A program made the position numbers and the translations under genes. Source: Escherichia coli (lineage in GTDB: Bacteria; Pseudomonadota; Gammaproteobacteria; Enterobacterales; Enterobacteriaceae). From it: a stretch of 64,000 nt of DNA. The notes under the pieces were generated by a model. That model was not told where the DNA came from and did no database searches. It saw nothing but the letters and a program-made list of their open reading frames with translations. Positions 18,423 to 27,717 of the stretch are shown here, in pieces; position 1 is the stretch's first letter; each line of letters starts with the position of its first letter. The DNA lies in assembly GCF_048403405.1 (NCBI RefSeq), contig NZ_CP183129.1, one strand, 5' to 3'.

Positions 18423-21169
18423 TGCCTGTTGTTCCTACTACATCCGGACGTCAGGTGCAAAGTCGTGGTGTGCAAACCGGTGGTTTTCAGATCTTCGATG
18501 TTCCTCAAGCAGATCAGGTGCTGGCGAATGTCGCAGATCAGTATGCGGTGGCATATGGTGAAGCCAGGCAGAAAGCGAATGTTGCTATGGCCCAGGAGGC
18601 GTTACTGCAATTTAACCAATTTGCAGATGACCAGATTAACAACCCTGAAAGTGGGCTGATTTCTAAACAGGGTAAAAACGCTCTTGGTCAGAGTGACGCT
18701 GTTATGAAAAATATGCAGGAAAGGGCTCAGGCATTATTAGGCTCAATTCCTGAAAGTGAGGAAAGGAATAAATTATCCTTTCAACTCCAGCAGTCTATGC
18801 AGTCTTATTACAATCAGGCACGTCGATATGAAGTTGGGCAGTTTCAGCAATTCCAAGATCAAACGTATTTGTCAGGAAATGCATTGGCTGTCACTCAGTC
18901 TGCGGGGCTATATAGCGATAACCAAGCATTTGTCGATTTAGCCAAGCAGCGATTTGAATCTATTGATCAATACGCTGATGCGCATGGGCTTCCTGATGAG
19001 TGGCGTGTTCAGCAGAAAACTCAGCTCAAGGAACAAATGGGGCAGCAAGCATGGATAGGAAATATCGCTCAAAAATACAACGAGTTTCTTCAGGTTAATG
19101 GAGAGCCAGGGGATCTTGATGGTGTGAGTCGTGCAATATCACATGGTAATTCATTGGATGCTCGTGGTTTACGTAATAATAACCCTGGTAATATTGAAGC
19201 GAGCAAATCTAACCCGTGGGAAGGTCAGATCGGTAGCGATGGACGTTTTGCAACGTTTGCTACCCCTGAGCATGGAATCCGCGCGTTGGGTAAAAATATG
19301 TTGTCTTACCAGCGTCAAGGCTATGACACCGTTAGCGAGATTGTTAATCGCTATGCTCCGGCTAGTGATGGTAATAATACTGATGCTTATATTAGGGCAT
19401 TGTGTGGTGAGCTTGGTGTTGGGGAGAATGATCAGCTTGATATCTCTAACCCAAAGACACTAGCTGCTTTATGTGCTGGGATTATTAAACACGAAAATGG
19501 CAGTATGCCTTATAGCACCGAACAGCTTGAAACTGGTATCTCGGCAGCCCTTGGTCTAACTAACCTTGATTCACCTAAGCGTTATACAGGCAATGCGGCA
19601 TTTGATGCTATGAGCCCTCAAATGCAAATACAGGCATTGAGGCAGGCTAATGAGCTGAGAAATCAGTACCGCCAGCAGTATGCGGACCAGCTTAGCACCG
19701 TAGTTAAAGATGCATATTCAGCCCTTGATGAAGGATTGAAACCTGAGAAGTTACCTTCTGAGGACGATTTTATCCGGGCCAATGGTCCGCGCATTGGCGC
19801 TATGAAGTGGAAGGATATGCAGGCGCAGATACAATATGGAGGTGTCATTGGTGCCGCTAAAGACCTCACTCCAGAAGGACGACAAGACATTCTTGAACGT
19901 TTACGTCCACAGGATCCAAACGCTCCTGGATTTGCAGCTAACCAGCAACGCTGGGAGAAAATGCAGGCCAAATTTAAAGAGATGGATAGGGAGTGGGAGA
20001 TTCAGCAGGGAAGAAACAGGTTCGTGTCTTCAATGCAAAATAACTTCCCGCTGGACCCGAACGACAAAAACAATCAGGCAGCGGTAGACCGTTATTTCGC
20101 GCAGGATATCGCGCCTTCGTTTTCCATATCTGATCCGCAGAGCATCAATACACTGGTCACCGTCACAACTAAAAGCGGCATGATACCAACTCAGGTTAAA
20201 ACAATGCTTAACAGTGGAGCAACATCAAGAGATCCTGCGCTGGTTGTCCCGATGGCAAAATTCTACGGTCAGTTATTCGATAATAATCCGGCGGCAGCGG
20301 CAACACTTGATAAAAGTACGATGGCATTTTACGGCAAGGTTTACGATTATTCCCGCGCTGGCGTGCCGGAGGATAAGGCTGTTGATATGGCTTACAGCCA
20401 GGTGTTCCAACAGGATGACCGAATGAAACAGATGCTTTCCACTGCCATGCGAGACAAAAAATATGTCGCGGCGAGGGCAACTGCTGCACAAAATAACGCC
20501 AGCAGTCTGACTTCCTTTGGTTCGTGGTCTCCGGATATTACCGATCCAGGAAAATCAAATGCGGCCTATCAGCGAGATTACCAGACAATTTACGATGCTA
20601 ACTTTGTACAGACAGGTGGCGATGCAGAACAGGCTGAGAAAATGACCAATGCCATGATCAGAACCACCTGGGGAGTTTCTACGGTTAATGGCAAAGCAGA
20701 GGTTATGAAGTATGCACCTGAGGCATTGTACGGAGTAAATAATGGTGCTGGTAACTGGATACAGGGGCAGTGGGAGCAGGAAAAACGCGAGCTTAAATCA
20801 AAATCCTTTGGCGGTCCTCGCAGTGATACGGACTTAATACTTGTTTCTGATGGCCTTACGGCAAGGGATAGGAGTTATGCTGTTATGGTTTTACAGCCTG
20901 ACGCAAACGGAGCGATAGAACCGAGAAATTATATTGGAGAAAATGGTCTCCCTGTTCGTTTCAAGCCGGATCAGCTGACATCTCCAATGTACAGGCAAAC
21001 CATTAAGTTCCAGCAACAGCGTGTTGATGAGGCTAGAGTGCGGAGAGAAGGCAATCCGCTGCCGCAGTTCAGCAATAAAGATGGATATACTCCTCCAGAT
21101 CTGACCAAACCATTCGGTTATGGTTCAGCCAATTACCTTCCGAGCAATATATACGCAGGGGGCAAATAA
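18422..21169 (+). CDS. Internal virion / ejection protein (T7 gp15-like core protein)
   Basis: 915 aa, in the gp15 position; contains a conserved-looking block NNPGNIEASKSNPWEGQ...HGIRALGKNMLSY. Confidence 0.5.
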   Translation: MPVVPTTSGRQVQSRGVQTGGFQIFDVPQADQVLANVADQYAVAYGEARQKANVAMAQEALLQFNQFADDQINNPESGLISKQGKNALGQSDAVMKNMQERAQALLGSIPESEERNKLSFQLQQSMQSYYNQARRYEVGQFQQFQDQTYLSGNALAVTQSAGLYSDNQAFVDLAKQRFESIDQYADAHGLPDEWRVQQKTQLKEQMGQQAWIGNIAQKYNEFLQVNGEPGDLDGVSRAISHGNSLDARGLRNNNPGNIEASKSNPWEGQIGSDGRFATFATPEHGIRALGKNMLSYQRQGYDTVSEIVNRYAPASDGNNTDAYIRALCGELGVGENDQLDISNPKTLAALCAGIIKHENGSMPYSTEQLETGISAALGLTNLDSPKRYTGNAAFDAMSPQMQIQALRQANELRNQYRQQYADQLSTVVKDAYSALDEGLKPEKLPSEDDFIRANGPRIGAMKWKDMQAQIQYGGVIGAAKDLTPEGRQDILERLRPQDPNAPGFAANQQRWEKMQAKFKEMDREWEIQQGRNRFVSSMQNNFPLDPNDKNNQAAVDRYFAQDIAPSFSISDPQSINTLVTVTTKSGMIPTQVKTMLNSGATSRDPALVVPMAKFYGQLFDNNPAAAATLDKSTMAFYGKVYDYSRAGVPEDKAVDMAYSQVFQQDDRMKQMLSTAMRDKKYVAARATAAQNNASSLTSFGSWSPDITDPGKSNAAYQRDYQTIYDANFVQTGGDAEQAEKMTNAMIRTTWGVSTVNGKAEVMKYAPEALYGVNNGAGNWIQGQWEQEKRELKSKSFGGPRSDTDLILVSDGLTARDRSYAVMVLQPDANGAIEPRNYIGENGLPVRFKPDQLTSPMYRQTIKFQQQRVDEARVRREGNPLPQFSNKDGYTPPDLTKPFGYGSANYLPSNIYAGGK

Positions 21170-24100
21170 TGCCGATATATGAACAGGATCCTAAAGAGTT
21201 GCTTGGCGAGGATATTCAGCAAATAGCAGCACCTGATGACAGTAATTTCTATATGGAAACACCTTCTTTGCTTTCTGCTGTGAACCCATTTACCAGTGAT
21301 CAACGCGTTCAAAGGTCTAGACAAGCAGCATTTCGTATAGATAACACGCTGGGTAGCTTTATTGCCAGTGCTCCTTTCAGTCAGTTTGACAGGGTTGAAG
21401 GATATAACCCATTTGATAACGATGCAGCAGATATTAAAGGCTATGAAGATTTTGCAGATTCGTTTATCAACTCCGGTTCGCATGAAGAAACAATGGCAAT
21501 TAAACATCGAATCGATCAGCAGAGAGCTGACATGGAATACAATTCAGGCTTGGGATTTGCTGGTACAGTCTCTTCTGTAGCAATGAGATTAGCAGATCCA
21601 TTCAATGCGATTTCTATGTTTATTCCGTTCGGCGCTGTCGTTCGTGGCGGTCGTATTGCAGAAACAGCCGGACGTTTTGCTTTAGCCAATGCTGCTGGCA
21701 GTGTTGCTTCAGAGGCCGCATTGCAGGCCACTCAGGAAGCTCGCTCACCGATGGAGAGCGTATCGAACGTTGTTGTTGATGCTCTCGTTGGTGGGATCCT
21801 TGGTGCTGGTGCACAGCTACTTGCTGGACCTAGCGCGCGCGAGGCAGTGGTTAACTCAGTAGGTAATCATTTGCGAGGTATGGATTCTCCTCAAAGCATT
21901 GGTGCAGCTCAGGTTTTCAATACCACACTCGATCAGGAACAGCTTGCTGGACTTGGACTTGCTAACAAAACGTTGAGTGTCACTCCTGCTGGCCGCTTGG
22001 CGCAATCACCATCTCTTGTTTCCCGTCAGATTAACCAGCAGCTTGCCGAAAATAACTATTTCTTCGCCAAAAATGATGAGGGGTTGGCTACGTTTACGGC
22101 AGTCGAGACTAAGATTAAGCAATACGACGCCATGCTTTATAAGCAGATGGAAGCTACTCGTGATGCTTACCAGCAGTACAGCAAATCTGTCAGCGCCCGC
22201 GGCGTGAAGAGGATGAACTTTATTGATTTCAATGAAGCTGTTGGCATGGCTATGCGCCGTGGTGATCAGAGTGATATTCCTGAGGTTTCACAAGCAGCCG
22301 CCAGAATCCGCCCCATTTTTGAGACCACAAAAGCCCGTATGCAGGAATTGGGGATCCTTCCTGAGGATATCGATGTCGTGACGACGAAGAGTTATCTTCC
22401 CCGCATTTATAAGTTCGATAAGATACTTTCCGACCGCACTGAATTCAGAGGGCGAATTGCCAACTGGATACAAGGGATTAGTGCCAAAGGTGCTGACAAA
22501 GCAGGTCAGCGAATTGAAAAGATAAATTCATTGCTAAAAACTGCAGAGGAATCAGCACCGCGCGCTGATGCTCTCGCTAGTGAAATCGCTGAAGCGGAGA
22601 AATGGTCTGGTAAAAAAATTCTACTCATGGAAGAACTGGATAAACGAAATAAGCTTATATCTCAGGAGACTGACACACAGGCGCGTCTTACAAGAATAGA
22701 AAAAGAGTTGGCCGAGACTTCATCAGAAAAACTTCAGGCAAGAATGATGAAAGAAAGCTCTGACCTTAAAACACGCCTTGATGATATAGCGCAGGCAAAG
22801 AGTGAGCTTCCTGTCTATCAGCGCCATATGGAGTTGCTGGATAATCCACGGAAATATCGTTCTGAGCTTCGCCGACTGCAAAAACGGGCAAATTCAACCA
22901 CAAGGCTGAATGCAAGCCGCGAGCGAGCACTGAAGCAGATGGAGCCTCTATCCCGAGAGGAAGCAGAGGACGCTGCTGACGAGATCGTGAATAAAATAAT
23001 AGGCGCACCTTCCGGGCTTGTACCAGCCGATATTATCCCAGAGAGACTCGTTGGTCGGGCTGGTTTCACTAAAAGCCGAACGCTGCTTATTCCTGATGAG
23101 CGTATAGAAGATTTTCTTGAATCAGATGTTAACTACATCATGGAAAGTTATCTCCGGCAGGTGGCACCAGAAATTGAGCTGACTGCGCAGTTTGGCCGTA
23201 AAGATATGGGGGAGCAAATCCGTCAGGTTAGTGAGGAATATACCCGGCTAATAAAAGAGGCTAAAACACCTAAACGACGTGCAGCTCTTGAGAAGCAACG
23301 GGAGGCTGATATTAGGGATATTACGGCTATGCGTGACCGACTGCTTGGTACTTACGGCGCACCTCAAGATCCACGCAGTTTCTTTGTTCGTGCCGGGCGA
23401 GTTGCTAGGAATATTAACTTCCTCCGTTTGCTTGGTGGAATGACCGTCTCCGCTGCAACTGATCTGATGCGACCGATGATGCAGCATGGCCTGAGAAAAT
23501 CTCTCGGACCAATGGTAAGCATGCTTAAAAATATGGACTCAGTGAAAATTGCAACCAGGGATTTGCGAGAAATGGCAGTTGGGCTTGATTATGTCCTGTC
23601 TACGCGCACAAAGGCTATAGCGGATCTTACTGACCCCTATAGCCGGAGAAGCGCCGCTGAGCGAGGTCTGAACTGGATGACGCAGAAATTCGGTAACTGG
23701 ACGCTGATGAATCAGTGGAACAGCGCACTTAAATCATGGTCTGGGATGATAGTGCAGTCGAGGATACTTGACGCGGCTCGCCAAGTTTCTGCTGGTGGCA
23801 CGCTCTCCAAAAGTGAAATGCGGAAGATGGCACAGGTCGGCATCAATGAAGATGTTCTGCGCCGAATCGGGGAGCAATTCGGGAAGCACGGAGAGGATAT
23901 GGACGGGCTGTTAACCGGGCATAGTCATCTGTGGGATGACCGTTTCGCTAGAGAGATTTTCCAGTCTGCAGTGCTGAAAGATGTAGACTCAGTGATTGTA
24001 ACGCCTGGCGTAGGTGATACACCGCTGTTTTTTAGTAAAGAAGGCTGGAAGATGATCACGCAGTTCAAAACGTTTATCTTCGCACAGCATAACAGGGTGC

Positions 24101-24558
24101 TAGTATCTGGTATCCAGCAGGGCGATGCTGCATTCTATCTTGGTGCGCTTGGCACGATTGCGCTTGGCTCAATGGTCTATATGATGAAACAGAAGTTAAG
24201 CGGTCGCGATATCGACTACAGCTGGAATAACCTTGTGAAAGAGGGGATCGACCGGGGCGGAATGCTTGGCTGGCTCTCTGAGCCGCTGAATACCGTTGAG
24301 AACATAAGCGGCGGTAGGTTTGGTCTTGGCGCGATGTTTGGTGCGCCTCCGGTATCAAGGTTTCAGAGTCGTAATGCTATTGGTGCTTTACTTGGTCCTA
24401 CCTTTGATCTTGGCGGTGATGCCGCGACGGTTGCAAATGGTGTACTTAACGGAGAATTTGACAGCCAGCAAACCCACGCTGTCCGTAAAATGCTACCTTT
24501 TCAGAATCTGTGGGCGATATCACCATTACTAAATAAAGTTGAAGAGCAGATGAAATAG
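21169..24558 (+). CDS. Internal virion / ejection protein (T7 gp16-like)
   Basis: 1129 aa; Gly/hydrophobic-rich C-terminal region resembling the gp16 C-terminus as recalled. Confidence 0.55.
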   Translation: MPIYEQDPKELLGEDIQQIAAPDDSNFYMETPSLLSAVNPFTSDQRVQRSRQAAFRIDNTLGSFIASAPFSQFDRVEGYNPFDNDAADIKGYEDFADSFINSGSHEETMAIKHRIDQQRADMEYNSGLGFAGTVSSVAMRLADPFNAISMFIPFGAVVRGGRIAETAGRFALANAAGSVASEAALQATQEARSPMESVSNVVVDALVGGILGAGAQLLAGPSAREAVVNSVGNHLRGMDSPQSIGAAQVFNTTLDQEQLAGLGLANKTLSVTPAGRLAQSPSLVSRQINQQLAENNYFFAKNDEGLATFTAVETKIKQYDAMLYKQMEATRDAYQQYSKSVSARGVKRMNFIDFNEAVGMAMRRGDQSDIPEVSQAAARIRPIFETTKARMQELGILPEDIDVVTTKSYLPRIYKFDKILSDRTEFRGRIANWIQGISAKGADKAGQRIEKINSLLKTAEESAPRADALASEIAEAEKWSGKKILLMEELDKRNKLISQETDTQARLTRIEKELAETSSEKLQARMMKESSDLKTRLDDIAQAKSELPVYQRHMELLDNPRKYRSELRRLQKRANSTTRLNASRERALKQMEPLSREEAEDAADEIVNKIIGAPSGLVPADIIPERLVGRAGFTKSRTLLIPDERIEDFLESDVNYIMESYLRQVAPEIELTAQFGRKDMGEQIRQVSEEYTRLIKEAKTPKRRAALEKQREADIRDITAMRDRLLGTYGAPQDPRSFFVRAGRVARNINFLRLLGGMTVSAATDLMRPMMQHGLRKSLGPMVSMLKNMDSVKIATRDLREMAVGLDYVLSTRTKAIADLTDPYSRRSAAERGLNWMTQKFGNWTLMNQWNSALKSWSGMIVQSRILDAARQVSAGGTLSKSEMRKMAQVGINEDVLRRIGEQFGKHGEDMDGLLTGHSHLWDDRFAREIFQSAVLKDVDSVIVTPGVGDTPLFFSKEGWKMITQFKTFIFAQHNRVLVSGIQQGDAAFYLGALGTIALGSMVYMMKQKLSGRDIDYSWNNLVKEGIDRGGMLGWLSEPLNTVENISGGRFGLGAMFGAPPVSRFQSRNAIGALLGPTFDLGGDAATVANGVLNGEFDSQQTHAVRKMLPFQNLWAISPLLNKVEEQMK

Positions 24559-24559
24559 G

Positions 24560-25411
24560 ATGAAAAAAATAAATTTGTTTTTTGGCATAGTGCTTTCAAT
24601 AGTCTCTGTAAATCCTACAGCTGCCAGTTCATTGCAATGCAATAAGGATAACTTTGATGCATGCAAAACGTGCGAACAATTATCAAAGGCTATCGACTTA
24701 AAAGAACCTAATCGTGGCGATTACTATAGAGGGGCTTTATGGAATGGGCTTTACGCCTCTTATGTAATTAATTGCCCTGTGGTTGCAGAGAAGTTACTGA
24801 GCCATGGTGCTATACCATCATATGGCGGATATATGGGGTCTATGGGGGCGGTTCTGACAGGAAAATGGCCTCATAACAATGAATCAATAAATCTTTCATG
24901 GGCAGATTTGCTTATAAAACATGGATTTGATGTTAATAGGCATACGGGGAATTATAAATCAGCTACTGAAGTATGGGCTATAGATAAAAAACAGATTGAA
25001 TATAAGTCAGTTTTTGACAAGTTAATTCAATCCAGCGAAGTAAAACCACTCGATCCTTCAAGAAATTTAGAATGGTGTGCGTCTGAAGGGTATCGCTCAG
25101 TTGTCGTTTATTCCCTTAACTCATGTATAGAAAATGCTATAAAACGTTTGGATGACGGTGTTTCTTCAGCGTCTGATATTTCATCAGCAGCCGTAAATTC
25201 CTGTACTAGCGATGTAGAAAATTTCAATAAGCATTTGGCATGCAAAGCAGCTGTTAAAGAAAACTCTGATAAAGAGAGAAGCAACGTTTACCAGTTATTA
25301 ACCAGTGATAGTCAAATGAATAAAAATGTTATTGATATGCTGAAGGAAAGAAATATTGAAACGGTTCTTGAATTTAGAGCTGAAAATCGATCAGCGAAAA
25401 CTGCACAGTGA
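24560..25411 (+). CDS. Secreted hypothetical protein with ankyrin-like repeats (moron), AT-rich
   Basis: Signal peptide MKKINLFFGIVLSIVSVNPTAAS; two ankyrin-like segments (...AEKLLSHGAIPS..., ...ADLLIKHGFDVN...); start 1 nt after the gp16-like stop; terminator follows. Confidence 0.55.
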   Translation: MKKINLFFGIVLSIVSVNPTAASSLQCNKDNFDACKTCEQLSKAIDLKEPNRGDYYRGALWNGLYASYVINCPVVAEKLLSHGAIPSYGGYMGSMGAVLTGKWPHNNESINLSWADLLIKHGFDVNRHTGNYKSATEVWAIDKKQIEYKSVFDKLIQSSEVKPLDPSRNLEWCASEGYRSVVVYSLNSCIENAIKRLDDGVSSASDISSAAVNSCTSDVENFNKHLACKAAVKENSDKERSNVYQLLTSDSQMNKNVIDMLKERNIETVLEFRAENRSAKTAQ

Positions 25412-25417
25412 TCAAAC

Positions 25418-25442
25418 AGGCCGCTTTCGCGGCCTTGTTTTT
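25418..25442. terminator. Bidirectional terminator hairpin
   Basis: AGGCCGC-TTTC-GCGGCCT followed by TGTTTTT; hairpin core GGCCGCTTTCGCGGCC is identical to the one at 28670. Confidence 0.55.
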
Positions 25443-25602
25443 AACGAATGCCACCGCCGCCAGGGCGGGAATCCGCAGAACGCCCACCGCAGCGGGAGCC
25501 GTCAGCGGCAGTATCGCTGTCGTGCTGACAACGACCGGCAAAGGCCTGAGTTGAAGCTACCAGAGACAACAAAACGAACAGTGCAGCAAATGCTTTTTTC
25601 AT
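25441..25602 (-). CDS. Small secreted Gly/Cys-containing peptide (53 aa) with its own promoter (moron)
   Basis: Internal start MKKAFAALFVLLSLVASTQAFA gives a clean signal peptide; promoter-like hexamers upstream and terminator downstream. Confidence 0.45.
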   Translation of the reverse strand: MKKAFAALFVLLSLVASTQAFAGRCQHDSDTAADGSRCGGRSADSRPGGGGIR

Positions 25603-25615
25603 TGTGAAATTTCCA

Positions 25616-25643
25616 TCTATAAGCCACCTCAATGTGGCGTCAA
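25616..25643 (-). promoter_or_regulatory. Candidate sigma70 promoter for the small secreted peptide (-35 TTGACG, -10 TATAGA, 16-nt spacer)
   Basis: Minus-strand hexamers at 25638-25643 and 25616-25621. Confidence 0.35.
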
Positions 25644-25672
25644 TGAGTGTAGCACTGACTTTTGTTTCGTCC

Positions 25673-25695
25673 ACAAAAAAGCCCGCAGCGCGGGC
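25673..25695 (-). terminator. Minus-strand rho-independent terminator
   Basis: GCCCGC-AGC-GCGGGC followed on the minus strand by TTTTTT, immediately after the stop at 25696. Confidence 0.5.
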
Positions 25696-25929
25696 TTACT
25701 TTTCTTCAGGTTTGTTGTCTTCAGATTTCTTCTTGATGCTTGGTTTTTGTCTAAGACCGAAAATACCAGCCACTGCAACAACTGTACCGATCACTGTGCC
25801 AGCTAGAACTTCATGACCTGTTAAACCTAATAATGTTGCACAAGCTACTGTAAAAATAGTTGCACTCAGGCCAAACCACTGCCCACGTTTATCTCTATTA
25901 ATAGCCCCGTCAAGTGCCTTTTCCTCCAT
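25696..25929 (-). CDS. Small two-TM membrane protein (possibly the C-terminal part of a frameshifted larger gene)
   Basis: 77 aa with two hydrophobic segments and a Lys-rich tail; the same frame stays open upstream to ~26073. Confidence 0.45.
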   Translation of the reverse strand: MEEKALDGAINRDKRGQWFGLSATIFTVACATLLGLTGHEVLAGTVIGTVVAVAGIFGLRQKPSIKKKSEDNKPEEK

Positions 25930-25958
25930 TTTCTGGCGGTGAGCAAACTCCTTCTCCG

Positions 25959-26243
25959 TCAGCTGGAAGATGCGTTCGGGGGCATCAGGTAAAATATCCT
26001 GATACCCGCGAAGCAGATAGGGGGAGGAAGCGGACCCTGAAACGCATGGTGAGCGACAACTATCTCCTGAATTTCAGGGCGATCAAGAACTCTTGTGAAG
26101 GCATCTGGGTGTTGAATGATCTCGTTACTTAGCCCTTCCTCAACTTCCTCGAACTCAGTTTCTTCGTTATCACTTGGTTGCCCAATAGATTTTTGCATAT
26201 TTGTCGAAGGACATTCCTTTAGCTTCTGGTTTTCCTCTTGCAT
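25959..26243 (-). CDS. Acidic hypothetical protein (possibly the middle part of a frameshifted gene)
   Basis: 94-aa ORF overlapping the upstream ORF by 74 nt in another frame; C-terminus degenerates into Pro-rich sequence near a G5 run at ~26019-26026. Confidence 0.3.
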   Translation of the reverse strand: MQEENQKLKECPSTNMQKSIGQPSDNEETEFEEVEEGLSNEIIQHPDAFTRVLDRPEIQEIVVAHHAFQGPLPPPICFAGIRIFYLMPPNASSS

Positions 26244-26496
26244 TTGAGTTTTTCCCTGTCACTATTGCCCATTTTCCGCCAGCAGGCGCTGCAATTTTTT
26301 TTCCGTTCTTTACTATATATTCAGCATAAACACGATTTTCTGACCGTCTGAGATCGTCTCCGACCATATTCATGTCTCTTGATATAACTTTGACGACAGA
26401 GTCTCGGTTTAAAGCCTTGGCATAGTTGGAGCCAGGAACGATACCCAAAGGGGTGCCAGACTCTATAGCCAGCTCCTTGACATATCTTCTGCTCAT
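26170..26496 (-). CDS. Hypothetical protein, putative DNA-binding/regulatory N-terminal module
   Basis: ATG at 26496 after GAGGT; MSRRYVKELAIESGTPLGIVPGSNYAKALNRDSVVKV... Confidence 0.45.
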   Translation of the reverse strand: MSRRYVKELAIESGTPLGIVPGSNYAKALNRDSVVKVISRDMNMVGDDLRRSENRVYAEYIVKNGKKIAAPAGGKWAIVTGKNSNARGKPEAKGMSFDKYAKIYWATK

Positions 26497-26617
26497 ATGA
26501 ACCTCAACCAATCGACTTTACCAATCGGGTAATTTTAAACATGAGTATAATGCTTTTAACTGCAACGAGTGTAAACAATTATTGATAATTGTAGGCACAT
26601 CCCTGTGCCGCCGCCCG

Positions 26618-27310
26618 TCAGAAGAACCCTGCTTTGTCGTTGATGTACTCCGCGTGCGTCTGGATATCACGCAGGCATTTGCTCACACCGACGATGTAGC
26701 AGAACATGGTGGTCAACTCCGCCGCCGCGCCCGATACGTCGTGCCCGTCTTCCTGTAACTGGTTTAGCAGATTCATCAGCAGTGAGTTCTCCGTCAGGCC
26801 GAGAACACCAGACGGCGAATGAATCAGGCTGCGGTAGCCGGGCTTCAGTGGGGCGCTGTAGGTTTTGTTCTCTACCTTCATTGCCTGCATCACTGCTGAT
26901 GCTGTGGCGTTGGCTACCTGGTCGGCAACCATCTTTATGCGTTCTTCCTGCGGGAGCGAGTTTTTAATGTAACTTCCGGTGCGGCGGATCTGAGGAAGAA
27001 CCTCACCTGTAACCCATTCAAGAAATCTGAATGCTCTCGTTCCCTCAGTCATTGCCTCTTTGCAACGCAGAATAAGGATGTAGAGACCTGATTCTGAAAC
27101 GATGGATAGTTCTTGTATTCCACCAGGGGTCTGTATTGAATACAGCCCCTTTTTGTTCCAGCCTTTTTTATCAAGTTTTCTCGCTTGTGTAACATCAATA
27201 TTCAAAGCATTGCACACATCTTTGGTGACAAACCAAGGTTCTCCGTCAATCATGAACATACGGATCTGGCAGGATGACTCAAAGGAAAAGATGGAAGGTT
27301 TGGTATTCAT
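26618..27310 (-). CDS. Antirepressor (Bro-N domain plus KilA-C/ANT C-terminal domain)
   Basis: Start MNTKPSIF after AAAGGTGA; Bro-N-like N-terminus (FMIDGEPWFVTKDVCNALNI...) and ANT-like C-terminus, as recalled. Confidence 0.7.
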   Translation of the reverse strand: MNTKPSIFSFESSCQIRMFMIDGEPWFVTKDVCNALNIDVTQARKLDKKGWNKKGLYSIQTPGGIQELSIVSESGLYILILRCKEAMTEGTRAFRFLEWVTGEVLPQIRRTGSYIKNSLPQEERIKMVADQVANATASAVMQAMKVENKTYSAPLKPGYRSLIHSPSGVLGLTENSLLMNLLNQLQEDGHDVSGAAAELTTMFCYIVGVSKCLRDIQTHAEYINDKAGFF

Positions 27311-27669
27311 AGCGATCACCTTTGTAGTTAGGTTAATCACCACCGCTGAGACCAATCAGATGGTGGTGAACTGTGCAGAGTTGGTCTTACCGGCTACAAA
27401 GGAACCCGGCGCACCTTTCGGTGCCCCCACACAGCCCACCATAGAATAGGTGCGCTTTACACATAAAAAAACCGCTTATGCGGCATATGTGCCTCTGTAG
27501 TAATCCGGGAGACCAATCCCGGCACTGGATTTTGCCAGTGCCCGATTACTATGGCACAAGAGGAGTGCAATGTAAATTTACCGAAAAGGTAATAATAAAT
27601 GCATAACTCACGTTATTTCAACCCTATATGGTTTGATTTATCCCATTTCAGAAAATACCTGCCTATTTT

Positions 27670-27699
27670 TTTGCCAGTATGCGTATACTTTCGATAGAA
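27670..27699 (+). promoter_or_regulatory. Candidate sigma70 promoter (-35 TTGCCA, 18-nt spacer, -10 TAGAAT) for the 27718 operon
   Basis: Hexamers read directly from the sequence; palindrome site 5 abuts the -10. Confidence 0.4.
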
Positions 27700-27701
27700 T
27701 G

Positions 27702-27716
27702 TTTACCCTAGAGGTA
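27702..27716. promoter_or_regulatory. Palindrome TTACC-CTAGA-GGTAG (operator-like site 5, one arm imperfect)
   Basis: Lies between the -10 hexamer and the start codon, an operator-like position. Confidence 0.4.
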
Positions 27717-27717
27717 G

